From positions 1-43,107 of the forward strand of contig KE560502.1 of NCBI GenBank assembly GCA_000442015.1: DNA of 43,107 nucleotides, read 5' to 3'. Below, piece by piece: positions 22,814-35,410 of the stretch. The DNA comes from Rozella allomycis CSF55 (taxonomy: Eukaryota). Below the pieces are notes generated by a model. It saw nothing but the letters and a program-made list of their open reading frames with translations, had not been told where the DNA came from and ran no database searches. Each line of letters starts with the position of its first letter. Positions within the stretch are counted from its first letter, which is position 1. A program made the position numbers and the translations under genes.

Positions 22814-25800
22814 ATGCCCAACATAGATTTGCCATTAGATATCAGGGAGAAATTGCAAGATTTAGAGCTTGAATTAAGGGTCGGTGATATAACTTTGCAA
22901 GGGTATGAAAAGAAGAAGGCTAGTTTGATGGCAAGTTTGAGTAGTAGGGATGAAAATATTGGGCATGATAGAATGAACTATAAATCGCCTGAAAATAAAG
23001 AAAAATATTATACGAACGGAAAAGAACAAGAGGATGATTTTAAACAATTGAATGCTCTGGAAGAAAAGGAGGAAAATAATAACGAAACCTTAAAGTCTCA
23101 AGAATACAATACGTTTGTTGAAATAAAAGGAAATAAAAGAACTGATTCATATAAATACATGTCGTTATATTCAAATACGTGGCTTGATCGGTATGGTCCC
23201 AAAAAGGTGGTGGATGAAAATTGGGAAAATAAGTCTATAGATAACTTGACTGATGTGACCATACATAGCAACGTGTATGGAGGAAGTTTAAGGGACGAAT
23301 TATCCAATACATTGATGCAGAATTTTACGACCATAGCTGCCATGTTAAGATTTAGGGCTTATCAAATGGGGGACAAGGAGTGCGTAACAGTTTCAGGAAA
23401 ATCAATAGAGAGTATAACATATGGCAAATTAAACTCGAAAGCGGAAAGGATATCGCAAGCCATTAAAGACAAGCAAAAGTATAAAAAAGGAGATAAAGTT
23501 ATTTTGTTATTTGATGAGAGTGAAATGATTGAATATTTTGTTGGAATATTTTCGTGTTTGTATGCAGGACTTGTGATTGTTATATTAGCAAAGAATGAAC
23601 TTTTGCCAGATGTAATTGATAGAACAAGCTGTAAATTAATTGTAACTTGCGACTCTCAATATAAACTTGTTATGAAGGAAAAGAAAAATTTTCCATTCGA
23701 TGTAGAAATTTGTCGAATAAGTGATTTGGGGAATGTAAATTTGAAGCGTAATGGGTTAGAAAGTTTAATCACATGTGAAAGTAGCGATAATGCTATCATT
23801 GAGTGTTTTGAAATGAATAATGAGATTATTTCAACATGCGTGGATCATGATTGTATAATGAAACAATGTTATTCATTAAAAGAAATATTTGGAATTGAAC
23901 ACAGTGATGTTATCATTAATTGTTTGAATGGTTTTGATGGAATTGGATTATTGACTGGAATCTTTCTATCATTGTACAATGGATGTTTAGTTGTGTTTTC
24001 TAGTAAGAATCATGTAAAAGCCATACACAAATGCAAGGGTATAAAATGGTTTGTTATTTTCATCTGTAGGAACATTTTTATTAACAAATGAATATTTATT
24101 GAAGCAAACGTTAAATGAAGAGATTTTTAAATCACTCAATTTGTCTAATTTCAGGGGTATTTTACTTTGTCAAGGGAAGCATCAAGAATTGATTGAAGAG
24201 TCATGTAAATTTTTGAAAACACATGGCGCTATTTATGACGATCTTGTTTTTCCATTCTTTATTGTAAAAGAGATTGGAAATGTTCTATTGTCAGCGAGGC
24301 CATGTAGAAGCAAACTAGGAGTGAAGAGAGAAAATGACAGGTTTGGACAACCGCTAAATGTTAAAGAAATAATAAATTATTCAAATTGTTTTAGTGTAAT
24401 TCTTCCTTTGGGATTAATACCGCCAAATGGTAAATTTTGTTATCTAGTCAAATCCTAGTTGAAATTATTATTCTCAATTCTTTAAAAAAGTCATGCAAAC
24501 ATAATGAAATCGGTGAACTATACATTCTGTTAAATCAAAATGAAAATAGTTCTTCATTTGATGCCATCAAAGTCGAAAATAAGACTTTTGTGCAAACTTT
24601 TATTATTGGATACATCCATCAAGGAAATTTTTATTATATAGGAGATTTGTTTGATCAAATTCATCAAAACAAATGTACTTTTTACGGGAAACAAATTTCA
24701 GAATTCTTGAACCATGAAATTTCCAAAATAGAGAAATGGTAGGGATCTTGATTTATTCTTTGATTAGTGGTGCATTTAGTATTTTTATTAATAGTGAGGA
24801 GTATCCCATCGTAATATCTGAAGTTGATGAACGTCTAAAAGAAGAAGAATTAAAAGCAATATGTAACTCTATAATTTTGGTACTGAATGAAAAACTTTCT
24901 TTGCAAGTCTTCATGTCTATTTTGTGCCCAATTAATACATTGCCAGTTGGAAAATACGATGTTCTTGACATTTATCGAATAAAAGCAATGTTTGAATCTT
25001 CTAATCTAAACCCATTAATGATCACAACCAATAATAAAACTAAAACATTTAATAAAGTACAAGGCGAATTTTTCACGCGCCAAAGTGAAAGTAACAATCC
25101 CGCTTTGATTGCCATCCCCTGTGTTGTTAATGGGACGAATTTAGATTCAACCAACTTTATTGATTTATTAAAAAATAGAATGTCAAACAATAAGAACACT
25201 TTTTTATTCGAGTCGGCATTTAATAATCCTATTAAAGATGTAAAGAAGATTGATTATGAAACATTCTATTCCAAAATTTGTTCTGTTTGCTTCTATTTAG
25301 AAAAGAAAGGTTTAAAATCCGGTGATCAAATTTTAGTTTTATTGCCTCACAGTGTAGAATTTGTAGTTGCCATTTATTCAGGGCTGGGGACAATACTATT
25401 GTCAATATATTGTTGGGAGGAAGGAGTCAACAATCAATTAATGTGAGATTGACAATATAATGTACATTATATTGCATTATATTGTTGCACTATATTGCTT
25501 GACAATATTTGAGAAAAGTATAATATTGTGACAATCATTGAGGAAATTTCTATTTATTGATTTAATGATCGTCGTCTTCATCACTTGAATCCTTATTATT
25601 TTCATCATTTGCAGTATCATTTTCGTTATTCGCCAGTTTGAGAGCCTTCAAAGCGTCTACCACCGTGTGAACAGTCCAGTGACTTGTACATTTTCTCTCT
25701 GTTACAACAGTTACATTTGTAATGATGAGGTTTATCTTCAATCTCTTTAAAAAACACATAAAGACGATCTTTGTTCGTCGGATATTTTTCCATTTAACTG

Positions 25801-27689
25801 CCAGGTGAACAATATGTCCGTATTTTGACACAATATTCCGCAATATATTGTACAATATATTGTGTGAATATATTGCAATTAATGTACATTATATTGTTGG
25901 ACGTGACACCTCAACAATCATTAATTGTGAGACTACAATATTTACAATATTACAATACATTAATTGTTTCCCCAGCCCTGCATTTATTCATGCATTCTGT
26001 TTGGTTTAGTGGCTATTCCTTTTGAACCAATTCTTCAAAATAATCTAATGGAAGACATTTCGTGGATTTTATCAATTTTATCAAGGGTTGAATGCAAGGG
26101 TATACTAACAAATTCCTCTGGTGAATCAACATTGGCGAATAAAAATGTTCTGGTTATGGCTAAAGAGAAAAATATTTCAATACCCAAAACATTTAATTTG
26201 AAATCAATTTCAAATCATGCGAAAAGAGATGGGACGTTCAATGTTGATCCAGAGGCGACTGTAGTCATTCAAATCATACCAAAACAACAAGAATCAGAAA
26301 TTGATGATGCATCAAATGGGAATATTTATGATTTTGATTTCATACAATTGACTCATAGAGAATTAATATTTCAAACTTATTGCGTTATTAACAATATAAA
26401 CAATTCCGTAAACTCCTCGCATATTTTATCAACAATCTCTCCTCAAACTCTGTTTGGATTGATCCAATGTTGCTTTATTGGCCTTGTTTTAAACTGTTCG
26501 ACTATAATATATAATTTTTCAAACTTTGTACAAAATCCAGTCGGCTGGTTTCAATTAATTGATCATTATTCTGGTAATGTCTTATAACTTTTTCAATAGT
26601 TTCATATGTCTCTCTAAGTGATTTTATGGCTAACCACATTGTTAAAACTTTCCATGTTGACTACAGAAATTTTACCCTTTCAAAGCTCGAGAATTTTGAA
26701 ATTGTGTCAAAAGGCTCCATCAGCAATTTAATTATTAAAGACCTAATTTCTACACTCCTCCCGAATGGATTTAAAGAATCCAGCATATCCATATCAATTA
26801 GCACCGCAACAGCAGCCATTCTTATTTCAAGCAAGCTAACATTATTCGATCAATCAATCGTGAATCCTTCTTATCAAAACTTAAGAAACATCATTCCACT
26901 TCAAAGTTCATCCCTTCGAACAGTAAATCAATCATTCCAAATATGTTTTAGACCGCCACTTTCAAAATCGGCATTCTAAATCCAAATACAAACGTTATTT
27001 TAGCACATGACCAATTAGGATCTGTAATTATATCTGCTAATCGTTCGTTACCCAATGAAAATACAATTTTAATAGACAAAGAACAGTTTATTGATACTGG
27101 CCTTTTCGGATTTATAACNCATTCTAAATCCAAATACAAAAGTTATTTTTGTACATGACCAATTAGGATCTGTAATTATATCTGTTAATCGTTTGTTACC
27201 CAATGAAAATACAATCTTAATAGACAAAGAACAGTTTATTGATACTGGCCTTTTCGGATTTATAACCAAAGATTCTACCACAAATAACGATTCTCTTTTT
27301 ATATTTTCTACATCTGAAAACTTAATATTTGTTGGAAATTGTATCCACAGCCCTGAAATTATTGAATACTCATTGTTCAAGAACTCTGAATTCATTAAAG
27401 ACTGGTATACTATTAACAGCGTGCATTATCTAGTTACATTGTACAATATGAAAGTAAATTGTATTTGCTAATTGAAGTTGAGGATAAAAAATGTATAATA
27501 AATTGCATACAGAGCTGTTCAGTTCATATCCTTGGTGAATTTAAGTTCACTCCGGACTATTTTTACTTTGTTCAAAATGGAAGACTTCCAGTAGACAAGC
27601 AAGGTAATAAGTTAAGAAGTAAAGCCGTGAAACTCATTAAACAAAATATACTTCCCGTGATTTATTGTCATCAAGTAAACTTAAAATAA
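22814..27689 (+). CDS. DIP2: DIP2-like protein (DMAP1-binding domain + two FAAL/AMP-binding-like domains), interrupted by a transposon; possibly a pseudogenised allele
   Basis: LPLDIREKLQDLELELRVGDITLQGYEKKK is the DIP2 N-terminal motif. Two adenylation-like units follow (ITYGKLNSKAERI..GDKVILLF; GLKSGDQILVLLPHSVEFVVAIYSCIL; FIDTGLFGF). The frame is broken at 25379-25988. Confidence 0.85.
25379..25980. mobile_element. Non-autonomous hAT-type DNA transposon (602 bp)
   Basis: 12-bp TIRs CAGGGCTGGGGA / TCCCCAGCCCTG; 8-bp TSD CATTTATT at 25371-25378 and 25981-25988; subterminal CAATAT/ATATTG arrays. Removing the element restores VVAIYSCILFGLVAIP. Confidence 0.93.
26972..27266 (+). repeat. 147-bp direct duplication flanking an N (probable haplotype overlap at a contig join)
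   Basis: 26972-27118 and 27120-27266 are near-identical (6 differences) and separated by the N at 27119. Confidence 0.85.
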
Positions 27690-27728
27690 ATGGCAAAAAA
27701 TATTTCATATATGAGTTTTATTCAATGT

Positions 27729-30046
27729 TCAATTTTCATTTGGACTCGTTTCATTCATTTCTTCTCCTCCGTAATCAATCGACTGTTTTTGAACCTTTTC
27801 TCTCACTTTGTTCAAATCCTCTTTCAACTGTAATAGTTCATCTCCAGAGTATCTAATTTCAATCGATTGTTCGAGATATCTTAGTACATTTTGTTCTATT
27901 AAATCCAAGGGGCTGATTCCATTTGTGCCGAAAAACTTTTGCAGCTTTGCTAGCCTCTTTTGTCTAGAATTCTTGGTTTCTTCAATGTCTAAGGCAAACG
28001 TAGGCATAGCTTCACTGCCTATAAATGAAAGCAGTTCCACAATCTCGTCATCATTGTCTACTAAATACTTTAGCGAAAGCAAAGATTTCTGGACCGGATC
28101 AATATTACTTCCAGTAAGTATCAGCATATCTGAAGGAGGAATAATACCAAACACTTTTTCCAATTTATTAGATCTCTTCATATGAACCTTCTTTTCTTCA
28201 GGATTCAATGGTTCTCTAAACTTACCCTTTCTTTGCTCTTTTTCCAAAAGGCGTAAGTTAATACGTTCACCTAAAAATTCTTGGAGCTTTTCAATCTTCT
28301 TCTTTGGATCGTTATATATATTTGTTGTAAACGAACTATCTGTGGAACTTGTTCTTGATCGGAATTCTCCTGTTGTCGTATCAAATCTATTGTTGGACCT
28401 TTCCATGGATAGCATAATGTCTTTTGTTCTATTTATTTCTAGATACTCTGGTTCCACGATCGCCGGTATCAGTTTCTTGATTGGAGCGACTAGACTTTGC
28501 TGAACAACTCTTTCATCTAAATTCTCGCCGAAATATCCCAATAATTTCTTGTTTCTTTTTGTTAGAACCATTTTTTGTTCAGCGGTAATAGTATTCGTAG
28601 TTTTAATTTCTTCAATATTTTCATCACTGGTGGATTGGATACTAGAAACATAGTTTTCATACAAATTTTGTGATTTAAGGGCAGTTTTTTGTAATTGATC
28701 GCCAAAGAAGGTATTTAACTTGTCAACCTTTTTTAGCTTTAACATTTTGGAAGAAATTTCGTCGGATGCATTAGATAAAGTGAATTCTTTTTCATTACTA
28801 CTTTCGACATCTTCAACATTTATATTATCCAATTGGGATAGCATTACGTTCTCTGAAATTTTTTGACCAAAAAATTTGTTTAATCTTTTCTCCTTTAACT
28901 GTTTCCGTAGTCTTTGAGTTTTAGATAGAAATCTGGCTGCAGAAAAGTATCCTTGCAATAGACTAGAATCGACCGTAAAGTAACGTGATATGGCGTTTGA
29001 TAAAGCAGTATCTTGCTTTTCTTCAGTTAACTCAGTCTTTATGTTTGGCAAAATTATTAATAATTTGTCATATTTTGGAGAATACGCACTGGCAAAATCA
29101 TCAAAGTCATCAGCGCTTAGTTCTAAATTAAGACTTGAGACTGGTAATTACCATTCTTGCTGTTTTTGAGTTGTCGATATTTATCTGTATTTTCGAACTT
29201 TGAAAAGAGTCTCTTTTTCATTAATGCATAAACATGTTCTTGTGCGTCATCGAAAACTGAAACGCTACAATTAGATTCATTGAACCTTATATCTTTTCGA
29301 ATTTCATTTCCTAGATTGACTTTAAGAGGTGAATCATCTTTGATGAACGTATTGTATATGTATTTTATCAATAATTGTCGCTGCACCGGGTTTACCGATT
29401 GCAATGTTTCAACTTCAATCCAAAACAGCAAGTACTCAATGCATTTCTCTTTTATACAGAAATCTTTAAAAAGATCCAAATGTATTTTGTTGTGAAGAAC
29501 AGCTTGAAATTTGTCTTCCGTTGACAAAATAGAAACCGAGACAACGTTACTCTCTTTACTATCTTCCATTTTCAGCGGCTTCGAATTTCTAGAGTTAAAT
29601 ATCTCTGGATCCTCATGTATATTTTCTACATTTACAATTGAAAACATGTCAAGAACGTCACCTATGACACTTTCGAAGAGTAGCGGAACCATATCTTCAT
29701 CATATAGAGCACCGCAAACAAGTAGAGAACTTTCAGGATGATCAAACGCGTATTCGGCTTCGATTTGTCCAGTTAAATACTCGACTGTACTATTTTTTGA
29801 ACACGTGACATGAAACATCTCGCCATTTTTAAGGCGTACTCTAATTCGTATGAAGGAATTTACATGCTCGACAGTCCTATCATGCCTCTTGCTTAATGTC
29901 TTAATGGCTCTTTCTAGCCTATTCGAAGATAGGTAATCTACTTTCGAGGGATCTTCAGAATTGTCGATATCCATATCTGATTGAGATAGCCTATTTTCTA
30001 ACAATTCATTGAATTCAGCTTTTAAATTATTGAAGGCAACAGACAT
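27729..30046 (-). CDS. RGS-domain protein with C-terminal KLxxFFG repeats
   Basis: RGS: FQAVLHN..LFKDFCIKEKCIEYLLFWIEVE..IYNTFIKDDSPLKVNL..VFDDAQEHVYALM. One intron at about 29123-29151 joins the two ORFs. Confidence 0.8.
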
Positions 30047-30094
30047 AAGTTAAATTCCCGATCTGCCGATTGGTTACGCTTTCGGAAACTAAAA

Positions 30095-32791
30095 ATGACT
30101 TCAGTTAGTCCTGTGAATGAGTTTTTAATGCCAGAAGTTTCATTAGAAATTTCTGACATTCGATCTTTGGTGATTTGTTTAAGGTCACCTGAGATGTCGG
30201 TGCTGCAAAATGCGTGTGAGTCAATAATCAGCTTATCTGCTGATGAAAGTAGTATATTTGATGTATAATTTTACTGAGTTTACTGAAAAAATGATATCTT
30301 TGGGTACAATTGAAATACTTAAGGATGTGCTATTTTCCACCAAGCATAATGACGCTAACCTTAACATCTTAAGGGCATTTAATGCAATTTGTGAAGATAG
30401 CAAAGCTATTAGAAAAGTAAACTAAGGAATCAGCCATAAAAAAGATTGAATACTCTTACAAAATAATACAAGAACTTTTTGATTTATGTCGATCTGGAAG
30501 TTCTGAAATAATCCAAGAGTGTCTTGCAATTATTGACAAGCTTTTACATCAAAGTATTTAGTTTTAATTAATTTAAGAGATGCATTCATTCCGATCTTTC
30601 GGGAGAATAAGGGAATGACTGATTTAATGAAATTAATGTCATTAAATGACATAACTATAAAGAAGGCATGTTTAACAGTAATTTGTAGTGCATTTTCTGA
30701 TTGTAAATCAATGATTTTAAGATTATTAGACCAAATAAGAAGTGAATGGAGAATTTTAAAAGGAAATATGCTTCTTAGTGAAACCTTCGCCTCGTCAATC
30801 GACCATAACTTACCTGAAATCACGTTGCTTATTTTAAAAGCGATGTCTTTACTTTTATCTGACAGTAACTTAAGGCTGAAGTAACCAAAGGGAGCAATGT
30901 CTTGGAAATGAAAAACCTGAATGTTCCTAAAAAAGTTACTTCAATTTTAGACAATATGGACTCTCCGATAGAAGTCGCCGAACTATGCTTTGTTGTGTTA
31001 AACCTCTTTCTAGCAGACAGTATAACGCAAAAAATTGATAAAGGAAGGTGACGTATTAGAGTATTATACTGATTTGAATGCTCTAAACTCTTTACTCCAG
31101 TGGTTAAATAACGACGACCCACGCGTCCTCAAAAGTGTAATTTCATGTATTAGTACAATTTCATATTATGGTAATGAATGATATTATCAGTAATAAGGTC
31201 CCTTAACTGGTAATATTCGAGAAATTGAACCATGGATAATGATAATGGACCTTATTGGCGGATTAAACTCTTCCGATGACGAGCTTGTCGTTATTTCTTT
31301 GAAAGCAATTAAAATTTTCTGCAAGAAAGGTATTACTGTCCGATGAATTTGTTAGAACAGTTCTTAGCGGAAATATTAAAACACAACATATTTGAAATAA
31401 TAGTGAAATATTCTATAAGCAGTAATGAAAGTATAAAATCCGAAGCCATGGAGTTAATTTATGTTGTCTCCTTGAATAGTACGTCATAAAGCGAGAATTA
31501 AGTAGGCAAAGCTAGATATAAGATAAAGATGATGGATTTACACAAACAAATTATTCAAATATTGCAAAACCATGAAAAACAGATAAATGCAGTAATTTGC
31601 TCTTCCCTACTAGCCCTTTCATCACTGGTTGAAGACGGTATCTCAACATCTCGAGATTTAATTAAAGGAGCGATAAGAATTGAATTATCAAAAATAGGCA
31701 TTATGGATATATTTTTTAGAATTCTTAACGCTAAAAGAGATCGAATGGTTCAAATAAGTGTATTTGAAGTACTTTCGAAACTCCTGAGAGATGGTAAGAT
31801 GTATATACAAGTAAAAGTAAGATGAATATAGAGCTGGATTAAATAATATCAACAATTTTTTAGACCAAGTTATAAAATGTCTTGTTCCTTCAGACATAGA
31901 GTTAGCAACTGCTAGTTGTGCCGTGCTCTACTTTGCATCGCAATCAAGTATTACATTATGTAAAAAGTAACAAAAGATGCAATTGCACAAAATATATGCC
32001 TTCTTAACGGTCTTCCATATTTGATAGATTTGTCCCATCATAATGCACAATCTTTGGTTGGTATATCATCAAAGACGTTGGAAAGGGTCTTAAACAACAG
32101 TAAATAGACATTTATAGTTTTATAGACCTGCCGGCAAAATACTGGTACACAGGAAAGGTTTCGGATGCTTTGCCTGACGGATTTTATGATTTTGGTTCAT
32201 TTTCAAGATCCCAGTTAGTGCGTGAAGACATATCCGATCCAATCAAATTAGTCTTTCCTACCCTGGAAATCTTGAAGAACGGAAACATTGATCGTACAAG
32301 AGAGGTTGTTTTAGTGGATTCATACAGTGACCCATCACTTCAGTCCCTGTTGAAAAATAGCAAAGATTTATTGTTGAAACAAACAAATGCATCTTTAATT
32401 CAAAAACTTTCTCTAATATCTGGGATTGTGTCTGCAGCGGTACATCATATTTTTTTTGATAGACTAGATGGGGGGAGCCAATACAACAGATTCTATGTCG
32501 CATGTAATGCATATAAATGAATTGAAGGTTGCTTTGAATAGCAATATCATTCCCATAGGGACCATAAAACGAGGATATTATTACCATCGGGCCATCCTAT
32601 TCAAGGTTTTATGTGACAAAATTCTCGAAATTCGTAGTACTCTGTGCAGAGGAGAATATCATCGCGCGTGGAATGAAGTTACCATAAATGAGCCCAGTGA
32701 GAAGAAAGTAGTTATCGTAAACTTGATGAATATGCCGGGAAGAGTTATGGACATAAATTCAAGCGAGGCCCTGTCTTATAGAAATATATAG
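30095..32791 (+). CDS. ARMC3: Armadillo-repeat protein ARMC3-like (C-terminal EDR1-type domain)
   Basis: N-terminal LVICLRSPEMSVLQNACESI; C-terminal LPAKYWYTG..DGFYDFG and NIIPIGTIKRGYYYHRAILFKVLCD..LCRGEYHRAWNEV. About 13 micro-introns. Confidence 0.85.
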
Positions 32792-32900
32792 ATTCAATCA
32801 ACAACGAGAAATAAAATTACTTTACATGGCATACGCGACATATAAGTCGATTTTCATTACTAATTCCGTTATTTCGAAATTTCCAATATTCTATTGGACA

Positions 32901-32914
32901 ATGACCGTGGTAAC
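32901..32914 (+). promoter_or_regulatory. Degenerate X-box ATGACCGTGGTAAC
   Basis: 10/14 match to GTTGCCATGGTAAC, ending 9 bp upstream of the DNAAF5 ATG. Confidence 0.35.
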
Positions 32915-32923
32915 ATATAACGA

Positions 32924-35342
32924 ATGCTAAATATTCAGAACAATACTCATTTGTGGAATATTTTGTTAGACAATAAAAAGACACGTTTTGAGAAGCAAAA
33001 ATGCATGAAGGAAATTGCAAATTTGATGAAAGACGATATGCTTGAACAAATTACGGCAGATGAAGCAATATGTTTAGCAATAAATGTCGCTATACTGGAA
33101 GCCTCCGAGAGCATTCGTTTTCAAGCATTAGAAATCATCAAGTAACTCAAAATCCAATATTTTCTAAATAACAGGAAATGCTTGAAATTTGAAGATATTT
33201 GCGAGAAACACTGTGAATCTATTCTAGAGCTATTCAAAAAAAGGCTTTTTGATGCAGAGAGTAGGGAACCGTCCGAAGAACTTAGAGCGCAACTTCTAGA
33301 CTTGTTGGAAATGTTTATAAGAGGAATTAATTACGTTGCTACAGAAATAATAGATAAAATAGCATTAATACTAATAAAAAATTCCAAGGATTCATATCAT
33401 GAATGTACCAGGCGATGTCTTCAGATCATCTGCCTGGGATGCAAAAAATTTGATAAGAAAATAAAGAGTCATGCTAAAGCCATGATAGAAAGTGCTTCAA
33501 GTTGTCTTAATCACAGGCATAGTGTGGTTAGGGCTGCGGCAATAAAGGTAAATAGTTCGAATGCAAAGAAAAGGCATTGGGTGCATTGATATTTGTGGAC
33601 ATCGATAACTTGTTTTCCGTCATTGAATTGTTTAAAAAGGCTGTGTCAACTGATAGTCCCACTGTGAGAGGCAGCGTTTATGAAGTTGTTCGAAGTTGGT
33701 GTTTAGAGTTGCCTGAGAGGCTAAATATAATGTGGATGCCTCTACCATTTGTTTTCTTTGGTTTAAATGATGAAGTTATTAAATATAAAGATTATAATAG
33801 CGAAACCTTTAGATTAATAAATTTAATGGTTGAAGATGAATGTCGAGACTCGATGAAGGCTATTTTAGATTTTAGCAAGGAAGATAACTTAGGTATTCGG
33901 TAATGTATGCATAAATTCATAATTATTAAGCTTTATAGTGCGTGAAAACATATATAAAATGGTCAACCAAATGTTTTTCCCTGAATTTCAGTTTTGGGAA
34001 CATACCGGGCATGTTTTTGCTTTTAATTGCCTGAATGAGCTTATTCCATTTGTTGGTCCTTTTATATCTTCTTATTCATTTCAAATAATCCGCAATTGCT
34101 TTAAGTTGGCTAGTGACGCTGAATGCAAGGCGAAATCTTTGTTACTTTTCAAAACTTTGTGTGAACATTCCGATGCCGAAATATTAGTTAAACTCACGAG
34201 TGACGAAGTGGGATATTCAAATTCTTACAATTCGTTCAATCTATGGCTTGAGTTTGTTGAAATCCTCGCATTTACATGCAAAGACAAGGATTCAATTGTT
34301 CCAATGTTTAAGCTTATTGAAGACAATTTTTTCATATATCCCCATAATACCAATAAACAAAGGATACTACGAATTACAAAATTACTTGTGGACAAGTTAG
34401 ATGAAAGGGTTTCATTCGCAATGCTTCTTCATCTTGATCCTAACAGGGAAGAATTTGATGAATTTTGGTCATTCGTAGGAGAAAGAAAACAAAAGTGTGT
34501 CGATTATGTTTTAGAAAGAGTTTCCACTTCCCTTGAGGTAGACCCGATTAGAATTCAAACGTTGATGGCCAAGGCGCTTCAGACACTAATGTCAAAAGGA
34601 TCATTTGTATCAATCGATGACAGAATTATTGGCATCATTGAAAAGTGTTTGAAATCAGATTACGAATTAATCAAACAAGGACTTGAAATTTTGAATCTTT
34701 TAGACAAAGGCGCCAGTGAAATTTCCGCGGTTAGCATTTTGGAAAATCTTAAATGGAAGGCAGGCTCAAATTATGCCTTGATTAGGGAAAAGATTGTGAC
34801 TCTTCTTTCTTCCAAAAAGATATTTCAATCTTGCTTCATTAATGACATTGTGTCTTGTTTAGATGAAGATTTAATATCGTTGAAGCTCAAAAGTATTGAA
34901 TACTTTCGAGAGTATGCAGCAGTTGCTCCATTAACAGGTATAAATTTCTTTGTTAATACAATAAAGATGATGAATTTAAAAAATTGTATACGGAATTGTT
35001 AAAGCGTTTGGATGATGCACACGACTTAGTGAGAGTTAACGCATGCAACGTAAGATGCGTTTCATAAACACACAAAGGCAATAGTGGTTCTAGCTTTGAA
35101 TTTACCCAACCCTATTGATGATATCCATGTTAATTATATCGTTGAAACTCTATTTATTCATCTTGATGATGCTTCTATTTATGTTCAGGTATATTAATAG
35201 CCAAAATCTATTTTAGGAAACAATGGCTAACGCACTCTCTCAAATTTCTTTAATAAGAAAAAAGATCGTTATGGAGAATTACGACAAGGTTAAGAATAAA
35301 TTGACAAGAGCAAAAGAAGTTTCTCTTAAAATATTTGAATAA
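32924..35342 (+). CDS. DNAAF5: Dynein axonemal assembly factor 5 (HEATR2)
   Basis: EPSEELRAQLLDLL, LNHRHSVVRAAAI, GIRFIVREN, LKWKAG, YTELLKRLDDAHDLVR, LFIHLDD. Six micro-introns. Confidence 0.85.
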
Positions 35343-35346
35343 ACTT

Positions 35347-35404
35347 TCACGTGACTTAATTTCTTAGCCTTTAATGATCATATGTTTGTTGTGGCTTAGC
35401 AGAA
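35347..35404 (+). promoter_or_regulatory. E-box TCACGTGAC plus TGTGGCTTAGCAGAA motif
   Basis: Both motifs lie in the 68-bp gap between the DNAAF5 stop and the transporter ATG. Confidence 0.45.
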
Positions 35405-35410
35405 AAAAAT

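Noticed and set aside
30249-30283. U12-type AT-AC intron in ARMC3
   Set aside because: No RTATCCTT donor or CCTTAAC branch site.
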